Origin: Camelus dromedarius
Taxonomy: Eukaryota
Assembly (NCBI RefSeq): GCF_036321535.1
Contig: NC_087436.1
Span: 100,566,001-100,630,000, forward strand
Length of the DNA stretch: 64,000 nucleotides
Direction of reading: 5' to 3'
Shown: one piece after another, positions 13,330 to 25,319 of the stretch
How the letters are laid out: each line of letters opens with the position of its first letter
Numbering within the stretch: the first letter of the stretch is position 1
The notes under the pieces: model-generated
Seen by the model: only the letters and a program-made list of their open reading frames with translations
Told to the model about the DNA's origin: nothing
The model's database searches: none
Program-made: the position numbers and the translations under genes

Positions 13330-14120
13330 CGCAGGTGGGAATGCAAAATGGTACTACAACTTTGGAAGACAGTTTGGCAGTTTCTTACACAACAAAACAT
13401 ACTCTTACTACATGATCCAGCAGTCCTACCTCTGGCTATTTCTCACATGAAGTTGAAAACTTACATCCACACAAAAACCTACACGCACATGTTGACAGCA
13501 GCTTTATTCATAATTGTCAAAACTTGGAAACAATTAAGATGTCCTTCAGTAGATGAATATATAAATCAAATGTGGAAAATCCACACAATGGGGTATTATT
13601 CCGTGTTAAGCAATGAACTATCAAGACATAAAAAGACATGGAAGAACCTTCAATGAATGTTACTAATTGAAAGAAGCCAAGCTGAGACGACTACATACTG
13701 TGTGATTGAAACCATGTGACATTCTAGAAAAGATAAAACTAGGAAAATAAAAAGATCAGTGGCTGGGTGAGGGTGGAGAGGGGCAGGCAAGGGGAAGAGA
13801 TGAATAGGTGGACCACAGAGGGTTTTTAGGGTAGAAAAATACTGTTTGATATTATAATAATGGCTATATGTCATTACACTTTTGTCTAACCCATAGAATG
13901 TACAACTCCAAGAGTGAACTGTAAACTATGGACTTTGGATGATTACGATTTGTCAATGTCAATTTATCCCTGGCTGAAAAAAAGAAAATACCATTTTGGT
14001 GAATAACGTGGATGACGGAGGAGGCGATGCATGTGTGAGCACAAGGAGTATATGGGAGATGTATGTGTACCTTCTCAATTTTGTTGCAAACCTTAAATTG
14101 CTCTAAAAAACTCTATTAAA
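13330..14120 (+). mobile_element. L1 3' end (L1MC1/L1MB-like)
   Basis: ORF 13306-13656 is the ORF2 C-terminus (WECKMVLQLWKTVWQFL...KTWKQLRCPS), followed by a typical 3' UTR and A-rich end. Confidence 0.92.
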
Positions 14121-14650
14121 AATCCTGCATTCTTGGAAATACACATATTAAACAAGTTTTAAAATGGTACTAAGGAGGATTAGTATGTCATAATTTTGTA
14201 TCATTCTGACTTTTTCTATCAGGTAGTAGAACCAAGATTAAAAAACAAAAACAAAACCCACTGTCATTATTTCACATCTAATTCACTTTCCAGTATAATG
14301 CAGTTTTCTCATCTTTGAGAACACATTTAAAGTAGAATTACTTAAGAAAATAAAAAGAAACTTGGTGAGGGCTATAATCATTCGGTTTCTAGTCCGGGAA
14401 AAGTTTAATAGGGAAAGAAATTAGCAATGTTGAGAACGGTCTTGTGCTTACTCAGCAGTTTCATAGTAATTATGTGTATATTGCAAGTATCAGTCAGTTC
14501 TCTTTCCCTCTTGTCTAATTTCATATGTTTTAAAATAATATCCAGGAGTCAGAGAGATGGCCTTGCTGTTGTTAAGATTTAAAGATCAACTGTAAAAATG
14601 ATTACTCATTCTTTTTTTCATGCACTAAATTACTTAAAAATATGTTTGTA

Positions 14651-15114
14651 CTTTTTTCTTCTATTTCTAATAAAATTGGATATTTTTAAGATATACAGCA
14701 TGATTTATTATACATATTCCTAGTGAAATGATTACTAGTCAAGCCAGTTAACGTATCAGATCCTCACATGGTTACCATTCTGTGTGTGTGATGAAATTAC
14801 AAGATATCTACACTCAGCACGTTTAGTATTCCATTCAGTATTAACTACAGTCATCATGCTGCATGTTAGATCTCTAGTCTTGTTCATCTTATAAAACTTC
14901 AACTTTATACCCTTTAACCAATGTTTTCCCACCTGCCTGATGTACCCACCCCAGTTCTACTGTCTGCTTCTTTGTCTTCAAGGAGATTTTGCCATTTTCA
15001 GCAAGATGAATGAGACTGGCGGACGTTAGTCTAAATGAAATAAGCCAGACACAAAAATAAGTGAGATTATGCAGTTTCTTTTCTATGTGGAATCTACAGA
15101 AGTGCATTTTCATC
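14651..15114 (-). mobile_element. 5'-inverted truncated L1 (L1MA-type)
   Basis: Antisense 3' UTR at 14651-~14970, then a sense-oriented upstream L1 segment at ~14980-15114 (aaggagattttgccattttcagcaagatg...tgtggaatcta). Confidence 0.8.
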
Positions 15115-17029
15115 TGAAACTAAACTGAGTGTAAGAATCAGATAAACACTGATTTCAAAAAGACATAGTAAAACAAATGTAAGAATATATATGTATATAT
15201 ATTTGAACATTTATGTCCCTTACAAACAGTCATTTCCTATCCTTACATAGGTGTCTAAGATCTAAATCCCTTATTTATTTTCTTACTCTTTAAAATAAGG
15301 AAGCTGAAATATTGCCAAGATTATCTCATGGCAGACTGCCTCTTCCCTTCCACTCCTATAGTCAGTATCCAGTGGCCTGTGTCCCAGCTATAGTTTCTCT
15401 AGATTCCAAATTGTCTTTTCTCTACTATAACAATAACCTGAATTTACACTTTAATAAATATCCTTTTAGAAAGGAATTAAGACACTAGTAGGGATTCCTG
15501 CACCAGAATACAATTAACTACTTTAATATCTTGAATTATAAGAGAGCTTTATTGAATATAAGCAGAGAAATTTAAAGCTTTATTAATCATATTATGGCAG
15601 TTTTTTGAGTGCCCACTAGGTTACAGACGTATGTTTCTGAAGATGAGCTATTTATATTTTTTAGAGTTAATCATCTGAATGGTTCTACGTTGGTTTATCC
15701 CCAATTAGATGCAGCCTTTCCCCATCATCAGGAGATTACAAATACCACTCTGTTCTGTTTACCTCAGAGATAACAAAGACTAAAGAATCTCTTTTGAAAT
15801 TTTGAACCAGTGGGTTCATTTTCAACTCTGTGATTGTCAACTATGTGTCTTCTAAAGAAAACTTATGCTATAAAGTTATATGACTTTTAACATGTGATTT
15901 GTGGAATGCTGCTTGCATGTGCACACCCTGACTAATCTCATGAAGTCAACCTGAAAACTTCATTTACCTTGACACCATTTCAAGACTCATTAATAATGAG
16001 CTTTCATGAACATATGGAGATGGTGCATCTGAGCCCTTAACAGCACTGTGCTGTTTGTGGGCATTTTACCACACATCCACTCATCAGCAATGAATGTCTA
16101 TTAATTTATTCTTAGTCTCCAACTTGGTCTCTTAATCTGTGTTGAACATAATTTAAAATGCAGTTCACTAGATGTATTATTATTTTTGATTTTTTAAAGT
16201 ATATATGTGCATTGATGTACATGTGTATATATAGAAAAATAATATGCAGCAAAATATCAATAATAGTTTTCTCTGCATAAGAAAATCAGAAAAAATATTT
16301 TCTTCTTTATTTATATACTTCATATTTTGATAAAGCTAAAATATTTAATTGTGTAATGATAAAAATGTGACAAGAGTTCAGAAACCTGACATGTTAGCAC
16401 TGTCAAGTTTGTAAGAAACAATAATAGTTGTATTAATAATATAATTTTTGTTTTTACTAGTGCTTTTCAATTGACAGATACTCATAAAGACATTTAGAGA
16501 GGTAATATTACCACTGTAAAAAATTCACCCTCATCTGGATAGTCTTACATAAATAAGTGCTAAGATTGAATCCACACATTCCAACTGTAAACCTAGTACA
16601 TTTTCCACTATAACTAAAAAAAAAAAAAAAAAGTGATGACATTTTTAGGACTGAGAATATCTAAGAGCAGGGAAAAAAGAGAAGCTCAACCATCAGAAAA
16701 GGATAATTGGACAGACTGAGACCCAACCCACACCTTCGAACACAGTCAGAGGATCTGGGTAGCTGGGAATTCAGAAGGCAAGGGACAGGCACGAGGAAGA
16801 CCAAAGCTGTGGACAAAGAATGATCATGTGATAGATGGAGATGTAGGCAAATGTAGAAAATAAAATGATATTAAATATCTAAATCATATTCGCCAGTGCT
16901 TTTAATGCATTTTTGTTGAATAAACAGAATTTTAAAAGTCATTAAAAAGTGAAGAGAATATATCTACACAATTGAGACTTCTATTTCCTGTACATTTGTT
17001 GCCTAATTTATGATGAAAAATAGCTAGAT

Positions 17030-17260
17030 TTTATTGTGTACCTAGTCTATGCTTGTTAGTGTGCTAAGAACTTTAGACATACTGTTTTATTTAAATATCT
17101 TAACAACTCACTGGTGTGGATATTATTGTCCCCGTTTTTAGATGACAAAACCAAAACTCAGAAGGTTAAGTAAAGTGGCCAAAGTAAGCCATTTAGGTAG
17201 TGGCAGAAACTCAGGATTTGACACTATGTTGCCTGGATTCAAAGGCAAGGGGATTCTTTC
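17030..17260 (-). mobile_element. MIR SINE
   Basis: gtgctaagaacttt...attattgtccccgttttagatgacaaaacc...aggttaagtaaagtggccaaag...gtggcaga. Confidence 0.8.
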
Positions 17261-18189
17261 AGTAATTTTTAGCATAAAGACCCTAACATTCAGGAAATTT
17301 GAAATCCAATGACTTCATGGTTACAAAGTCTCACTACTCAGATATAAGTGTGTTTTAGAAGTACTTATTCTTATCACTATATATATAATCTTTGTAAATG
17401 TCATCTGTGTATATGCTAATAAACCCAGTTATATAAAATCACGGTATGACTTTGCAATTCAATCCAGACAAAAACCTCAATTAGAAAGTCATATAAAAGT
17501 TTTTTCTTACTATTCATCCAAAATTTGCTCCCTCACAACCATCTGCTATTCATACTTCTGTTCATGGAAGTCAGATATCTTGGTTTGTGAAAATTCAGTT
17601 ACTGCTATGGTAACTCAGGACCAGGAATTTTTTTTTTAATGCACCATATACCTTGGTCATAGCAATGGCTATGGATATCTAATACCTTCAGCTAATAGCA
17701 AAAGTATCTGCAAAAGAGATTTTATATTTTCTGTTTCTTTTTCAACATCTCTAGCCTTCTGACATCATCTGCCTGGAAACAGCCTGCATGTTATGTATAG
17801 AATGAGATAAAGGCAGCTTGAAATTAAAATACACACACATTTTTGAACATCGTAACTTCAAATGTGTGAATATTAAGTTACTACAACTATAAAAGATGAC
17901 AGTCTTTACATTTGAAAATAATGCTTCACAACAAAAAATAATACCTAGCTGTCTATTTTCTTCTCCAATGATCAGCCTAGCTCGCATTAAAATTTTTCAG
18001 TTACAGAGAATTTTACATGTTAAAGAAGCCTTCAGCACTTCCTACTGATCCAACTTTTCTACACTAAGCAAGGCAGGTGATGATATACAATTTCTTGTTT
18101 GACAAGACACTACTAAAGGAAAAAAAAGGAATAAAGTATTTTAGTATATCAAGAAGTAGACCATTTATATCATCAACTTCAATGCTTTT

Positions 18190-19260
18190 ACCAATCTATT
18201 TGACAAGTAGTTATTGGAAAGCTACTATGCATAAAGAACTATGTTGGGCACAAAGGATATAGCAGTGAACACAGGAAAATTGTCTACTGTGACAAAACTT
18301 GTATATTTTGAGGTAGAGACAGAGAAAAAGGTAAAACAGAGATAAAAGTCAAGTAGCAATAAGTTCTAAGGAGAAAAAGAATAGGGGGAGGGAGAGAAAG
18401 GGATGCATGTGAGGTTACTAGTTTAAGCACACTGGTAAGGGAGGGCACTATTTATAAAGAGACATTTGAGCACAGATCTGGAGGAGGTGGGAGAACAAGC
18501 CAAGGAGCTCTGGGGGAAGATTCCAGACAAAAAAACAGCAATGATGCCAGTGTACTGACAAGGAGTAAGTAAGGGATTTGCAGGAGATGATGTCAGATTC
18601 TTGGGGAGAGGTGAGCAGGTAAGGGCTGGAAGCATATTCCAGGGACTTAAGCTTTTAATCTGTGTGATCTAGTGACATACCAGAGGATTCCAAAGAGGTG
18701 ACCAGCATGTGATAACGTTTTAAAAGAACCAGCTGGCTGTTGGTGACTTGACTGTAGAGGGCACACAGAAGGCAGTAACAGGAAATCAGTTCTGAGCCAA
18801 GTGCAAAATACCAAGCCACCAACAAAAGCTACCTTAGAACATAACTTGATCATTATGGGTGTTAATCTTCACACTGGAAAATGAGAAGTGGACAGACTCT
18901 GGATATATTTCCATGGTAGAACCAGAAAGCTTTTCTAGCAGATTGAATGGGGCGAGATAAACAGAAAGAGAAACGTCCAAAAAAGAATGACTCCAAGGAT
19001 TTGAGCAATTAGATGATGAAGATACTTTTTTGAGAAAAGTTAAGACTGCAGAGAATTTGTATTTGATCCTGGAAATGAAAGTTTGAGCTGCCTATCAGGT
19101 ATGTAAGTGAAGATGCTGAGCAAGCGATTGGTTATAGAAGCCTGAAATTTAGGGGCATATTCTGGGCTGAAGATCCACATTTGGGAATTATTGTATAAGC
19201 TGAATTTAATGTAGTAAGACTAGATGAAATCACCAAGGGACTGAGTAAAAACTGGGGTCA
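18190..19260 (-). mobile_element. L2 LINE 3' portion
   Basis: Reverse-complement L2 tail (tttgacaagtagttattgg...gatatagcagtgaacac), followed by typical purine-rich L2 body (gacatttgagcacagatctgga, gatgaaatcaccaaggga). Confidence 0.85.
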
Positions 19261-19289
19261 GGACTCTGATAAATATTTTTCTTTTTGCA

Positions 19290-20050
19290 ACCAGTTTATT
19301 TCACTTAGCATGTATCCTCAAGAATCATCCACGCTGTAGCATGTGTCACAGTTTGCATCCTTTTTGAGGCTGAATAATATTCCATTGCATGTATATATTA
19401 TACCACACTTTGTTTACTCATCCAACCATTGATGGACACTTGGTTCATTTCCAATCTTTTGAGTATTGTGAATACTGCTGCTATGACCATGGAGATACAA
19501 GTATCTCTTTGAGACCCTGATTTTAATTCTTTTGGGTATATTTCCAGAAGTAGAACCGCTGGGTCATATGGTAATTCTATTTTTAATTTTTTGAGAAACT
19601 GCCATACTGATTTCCATATCAGTTCTACCATTTTACATTCCGACCAAAAATGCTCAAGTGTATTTAGTTCTCCACATCCTTGTTAATCCTTTTTATTTTC
19701 TTTTTGATGATAAATAACCATTCTGATCGTTGTAAGGTGACATCTCACTAGGTTTCAATTTTCATTTCCCTGATGATTAGAGATGCTAGCTTCTTTTCGG
19801 ATTCTTGTTCCTCCTTTGAATGTCTGTCTCCTTTAGAGAAATGTCTATTCAAGCCTTTTGCCCATTTTTCAATCAGTTTTTGTTGTTGTTGAGCTGTAGG
19901 AGTTCTTTATGTGTTCAGGATATTAACCACTTATCAGATATACGGTTTGCAAATACAGTCTCCCATTCTGTAGGATGAATGTGTCCTTTGATTCATGTTT
20001 CTTAATTTTAATGTAATTCAGTTTATCTATTTGTACTGTTGTTGCCACAA
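19290..20050 (-). mobile_element. L1 ORF2 3' fragment (L1MA/MB-like)
   Basis: ORF 19398-19631 reads [32 protein letters not shown]. Confidence 0.9.
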
Positions 20051-20149
20051 ATTTCTTTATTCTACATTTCAATTATGTGAAAATTCTAATTAAATTTCAG
20101 CTAGTAACCTTTTAACTTCCTTGATGTCCATCTGTTATTTTTCATACTG

Positions 20150-20364
20150 CAGCTGACCCTTGAGCAACATGGATTTGAACTGCACAGGTCCACTTGAGCA
20201 CAGGTCTTTTTACTAAGTACATACTATGATATTATACAGTCTGAGGTTGACTGAATCTATGGATGCAGAACCACAGATACAGAGGGCACACTGAAGTTAT
20301 ATGCAGATTTTCTACAGCACAGAGGGTTGGTGCCCCAACTTCTGCATTGTTCAAGTGTCAACTG
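20150..20364 (+). mobile_element. MER8-like TcMar-Tigger MITE
   Basis: TIRs cagctgacccttgagcaac / ttgttcaagtgtcaactg with 3' TA. Paralog at 37393-37613. Confidence 0.88.
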
Positions 20365-22034
20365 TAATTGGATTCTGTTGCATTTTAATGTTTTTATCAA
20401 GTGCATTCAAAACTCGATGATACTCTACATTTGAAAGATTTTTTAACAAGCTAGGAATCTCTTTTTAAGAGTTTTACTTGGGCAAAAGAAGATTTTACAG
20501 ATGATGCCATTTCTGGAAGAAAATTATATAATGATAGAAACATTTCCAAATACTTGTTTTCAAAAATATTCTCTCCATGACATTTGTTTCTTTCAAAGAG
20601 AAGCTTTATTTAAAAACTTATCTTCACGTCAAAGGAATAGATTGTACTTTTTTGTAACTATCTGCTAAGCAGTATCTAGCAATAGGTACTAGAGTAGAGG
20701 TCAGCAAATCTCCAACACGTATTTTGTAAAAGAAAATCTCAACTTCACATTTGGCAACTCTTTTAAGAACTTCACCAAGAACTACCCAGTGAACTTCTAT
20801 GTGCTACAAAGGCTATTTATGATTAAAAATACTTAAATAATCCCAAGATCTATTTATTGTTAAAGTTTTTTTTTTTTTTTACAGTAGACTGTTGATTTAT
20901 GATGTAGTGAAGGATGATGGCATGAGTACATTTTACATGTGGTACTGTATGTATGTAAATTTACCACTGTTTTTTTCTCTCTTTGGTTCCCAAATATGTT
21001 GCCTCCTTAATGTTTACAAAGTTATACAATTTTCATCAGAAAAAAAATATTGCCAAGAATATTTTTGGTACATAATTTCTTTGGTATTTTACACACACAC
21101 ACCAAAAAAGTGTGTCATCTCATATATTTCCTTATAGAAACAGAACCAAATACCATAAATTGAGATATATTAAAAACATCTGTACTTTCATCCAACTGTA
21201 AGTATTTGACTTTGCAAAGATAACAATTGCTTTCTCAATGACATTTGGATTATTTTCCTTAAGCAATTAAATTAGGAATTGATAGCATAATTTGGTTAAT
21301 TACTTAACGGTGAAGATAATCCAGTCACTACACTAGTTGGTGCTTTTCTACTAGGTTAAAAATATTACCTAAAATACCACTAAAAAATTCTGAGTAAAAC
21401 ATATATTCTAAAAAGTATAATTATAGCATTCTATATTATTAAAATATATCATCTATTCAATTTGATAGATTTTCTACTTGGATTATTTTTTAAAATAATA
21501 CAGATTAGTTAATTTTGACAGGTTTGTCCACGTATTAGATAATATTAAAAACCTAATGTAGTTTAGTCAATTTTGACAAGTTTGTTCATTTATTTCATCA
21601 CTAATTTGCAAAATTAAAAAACAATTGTAGAAACATTACTTGTTCACAGACGATTTAACATAATAGATTTAATTATTTTAAGTAAATAAAATTCAGTTAT
21701 GTTAGATATGGATTTGCTTTTTAGGATCTAATGGGACTAGTTTGGTCTAAAGCAGTTAGTGAATATATTTAAAATAGAGGATATTTTTGGTTTTTCTTCT
21801 AACTCTTCCTCATTCAGACTGGAATAAAGTGAATTGTGTAGGTTGATGCTTGTCTGTGGATATCATCTCCCTCTCCTTGCACTATAATAATCTGGGAAAA
21901 TTCACTACTGATAGTAGGTTTGATAAATATTTAAAGCCAAGAGAGTCCTGTCACTGCATAGACTTCCTATTTTAGAAAAACATTCCAAAATGCCATGAAA
22001 AAGATCCATTCTGGGTACAACAATTTTAAAATAA

Positions 22035-22345
22035 GTTTTTATCTTGAAATGTTTTTAGATTCACAAAAATTGCAAAGATGGTACAAGGTAGTCCCCACAT
22101 TCCTACACTATTTCCCCAAAGGTTATCATCTCACATTACTATGGTAAAGCTGTCGTAACTAAGGAACTGACATTAGTATATCGCCATTAACATCTAGAAT
22201 CTAGATTTCATTTAGACTTCAGTAGTTTTGCCACTAATGCAGTTTCTATTCCTGGATTCAATCCCGCACACCAAGTTGCATCCAGTCATCACATCTCTGT
22301 AGTCTTCTATGATCTGTGACAGTTTTTTTTTTTTTTGAGTTTTAT
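22035..22345 (-). mobile_element. Old L1 3' UTR end (L1MC/L1ME-like)
   Basis: ttttagattcacaaaaattgcaaagatggtaca...ctaaggaactgacattag...ttttgccactaatg. Confidence 0.75.
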
Positions 22346-22959
22346 TGTTTTCTTATAAAACATACTTAAAACTAAACTATCTAGAATTCTCTAATGTGGG
22401 GATATCTCTAACTGGTTAGTTAATAACTTTGTTTTACAAAACGATTAAGCCTTGTCATCAACTTACTTCCCTGCACAATGCAGAAGTAAAACTAGAATTC
22501 AAAAAGTGCACAAATATATAAGCTTCTACGTGATATCCAAAACTACTGATAAAAAGAGTCATAATTATCAGACTCAAAAACACGCAAAAAACAAAAAAAG
22601 AATCTGAATCAGGTACATAAATCAGTGAGTCAAGTTGCTGGGAAAAAAACGGTAAATGGAAAGGGATACGTCCTAAGGGAGATAATCATTTTAGATAACT
22701 TTCAAGAAGGGCTTTATTGTCCTTCATAGGAGGTAAGTCTAGAAATGCCAAAATGATCTTGCTTCAGAAAGAATAAAGACTTATAGATTTTTACAAGGAA
22801 TCATTGTTTTAAAAAATAGACCTCAGATAAATAAATACAGATAAACTGAACTGATCCTTTTCTATGAATATCTTGTTTTGAAAAAAGCAAGCAATGGCAA
22901 TAATTCTAATTTATAAATTCTATTTTGAAATAATATTTGAAGCCAAGTTACAGAAATGT

Positions 22960-23110
22960 GGAAGTGGAAGGAATTTTAAGTATCCATCAGTTTAATTTGT
23001 CTATTATACAGATGAGGAAACCGAAATCCCGGAAGGCTTAGTGACATTACCAGGACCACAGAAAGTGCTTACTGAGGCCACATCAGCAAATACCTAGTTT
23101 TCCTGACTCA
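22960..23110 (-). mobile_element. MIR SINE fragment
   Basis: acagatgaggaaaccgaa...cttagtgacattaccaggaccacag. Confidence 0.75.
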
Positions 23111-24169
23111 TGGGAAAAGAAGCAGTGCTGTTTTCCTGTTTACTGAATGGACTAGCCTGGTAGGATTTGAGATTGCAGGGCTAGTGCTGTAAGTTAACCA
23201 AGTTGTTAGCAATAATATTACAAGATGTGTAGACACTGAAGAAGTAGTTGAATACAAAAAGAAATCACATGTGCAGAGAATGGGTAGCAATTTTTGACAG
23301 GTGAGCAACATAGATGAAATGAAACTTGAGTGAAGCAAGCTATGATGTTGTATGTTCAGTGTATAGTAATTTTCTTCAGAATTTCAGATGGTTGTAAAAT
23401 GTCACTTTTGTGGTAAAACAAACTCTGTTTGAACTGCATGAGAAACATGGTTGCAGCTTTACATGTCAGCAGTATGTTACTGAGGAGCTTTTATTCTATT
23501 CATTTAAGTAGGTCTCAGTTAAGCTAATGGGTTGATGTTTAGATCATGGAATCTCTTAAGAAAGTCAAGAAAGGATGATAGAATAAGTCTTTCATGATGG
23601 ACATTGTGGGGTCATGACATGGTCTCAGAACCTGAAGCAGAAGATGGAAGAGTAATTGTGTCACTCTTGCCATCAAATGCCTGGATTGGAAAGATGGAAT
23701 TAAAACAAAAGCCTTGAAATTATCTTGAGATATTGTTTTAATGAAAGTAAAATGAAAGAAGGCTAAGGGAGAAAATACATATGCAATACCAAATATTCCA
23801 ATTACTTTATGTGCAAGGGAAAGTAAAGGAAATGAATGGATTTGAATTTGGGATGACCCATAAGGAATCTGGCATCCCACGTCAGTCCAGAGAGATGTCA
23901 AACTTCACACATTCTCTATTCAATGATAAGGGCATTTCAGGCTAAGTACAAAACTCCCATGAAGATACAAAAAATACTTATCCATGCAAATCAGTAGGAT
24001 TTTTTGTGGGGGAGAAAACATGGTATGGTTCAGAAATAACACTCTTTATTTCTTACCCTGAAAACATGAATATTCTGTTGGTGTTTTTTTTTAAAAGAAT
24101 AACTCTATGAAATCAAACATTTTTATCGTATTTGTTTCATAATTTCTCAGAAAAAAGATATTTACAAAT

Positions 24170-24760
24170 GTAGTTGCAGCTGGTCTTGGAGGACTTCTTG
24201 AATCTACATTTTCCTCTTCACTAAGGATTGTCATCTTTGTGTGTATTTTCACCATATTACACCCTTCGCATGCTCACTAAACAGTATGAAGTTTTTTGCA
24301 TTATTCAAAAAATATAGTAAATGGTTCTATAATGTAAATATCCTTTTAATACTTGCTGTTTTCGCTTTATATTTCTATAATTTAATGAGGTTGATACATG
24401 TAGCTCAAGTTTGATTTGATTTCACTGCTCTGAATATATATCACTTTCTTTTATACATTACCTTGTTTAAGGAGTTCAGATTGTTTTAAATTTTTCTATT
24501 ACAAAACACTGGATATTTTTCCATTATGTTGCTTCATACTCATAACCACTTAGAATTTGAAATGTATTAAATATCATAAACTTTATGAGTCTGAAGTCAG
24601 ACTTCATTCTTTTCATTTTTAATCTCTAATTAGTCATGAATTTAGGCATATTTTCATATGTTTATCCACCAATAAGTATTCTCTTACATGAATAAGTTGC
24701 TCATGGCTGTTATTTGTATGTTGCTGTTAGTATCTGTATTCATTTAGAAGTTCTAAGTTT
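24170..24760 (-). mobile_element. Highly degraded L1ME-like fragment
   Basis: gttgatacatgtagctcaagttt...ttcactgct...ttcattttaatctctaattag resembles antisense L1 3' region. Confidence 0.55.
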
Positions 24761-24769
24761 TGTTAATGT

Positions 24770-24935
24770 TTCAGTTTTTATTTCTTTATAATCAACCGCT
24801 CTAAAACTCAGTAACTTAAAACAATTTATTATTTCTCAGGCTCACGTGGGTAACTGGACTTAGCTGGAGAGTTCTTTGTTCCCTGGGATATTACTCCCAC
24901 AGCTGCATGCAGCTGGAAGTTTGGCTGGATGGAGA
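24770..24935 (-). mobile_element. MaLR LTR (MLT1-type) fragment
   Basis: ctaaaactcagtaacttaaaacaatttattatttctca...ctggacttagctggagagttct. Confidence 0.7.
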
Positions 24936-25154
24936 TTGAGGAAAACGTTGGTTTCTCCAGAAAAAGATGAGATAATATTTGTGTCAAGACCTATGAAACT
25001 TCTGAGATTTTACCCTACTTGCCAAGTAAAAGTTTGCCCACCAGTTTCCAAGTTCTAAAATACTATGCAATAGTTTGAAATTCATCTTCTTCCATGTAGT
25101 TAAGCAAGAAATGTTCTCAGCTATAGTAAGTTTTTTCCAAGAAGTTAAATGACT

Positions 25155-25290
25155 GGGAAGGAAGGGAAGAAGGGAGAGAAGGGAAAGAAAAAAGAAGGAA
25201 AGAAAGAGGGAGGAGGAAATGGAGGGTAGAGGAAGGGGGAATAAGGAAGGAAGAAAGGAAAGAAAGAAGGGGATTTAAAAAAGAAAGAGA
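25155..25290. repeat. GA-rich polypurine low-complexity tract
   Basis: Directly visible GGAA/GAAA repeats, almost pyrimidine-free. Confidence 0.9.
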
Positions 25291-25319
25291 TTAACATTTG
25301 TAACAATAAATCAATGTTG

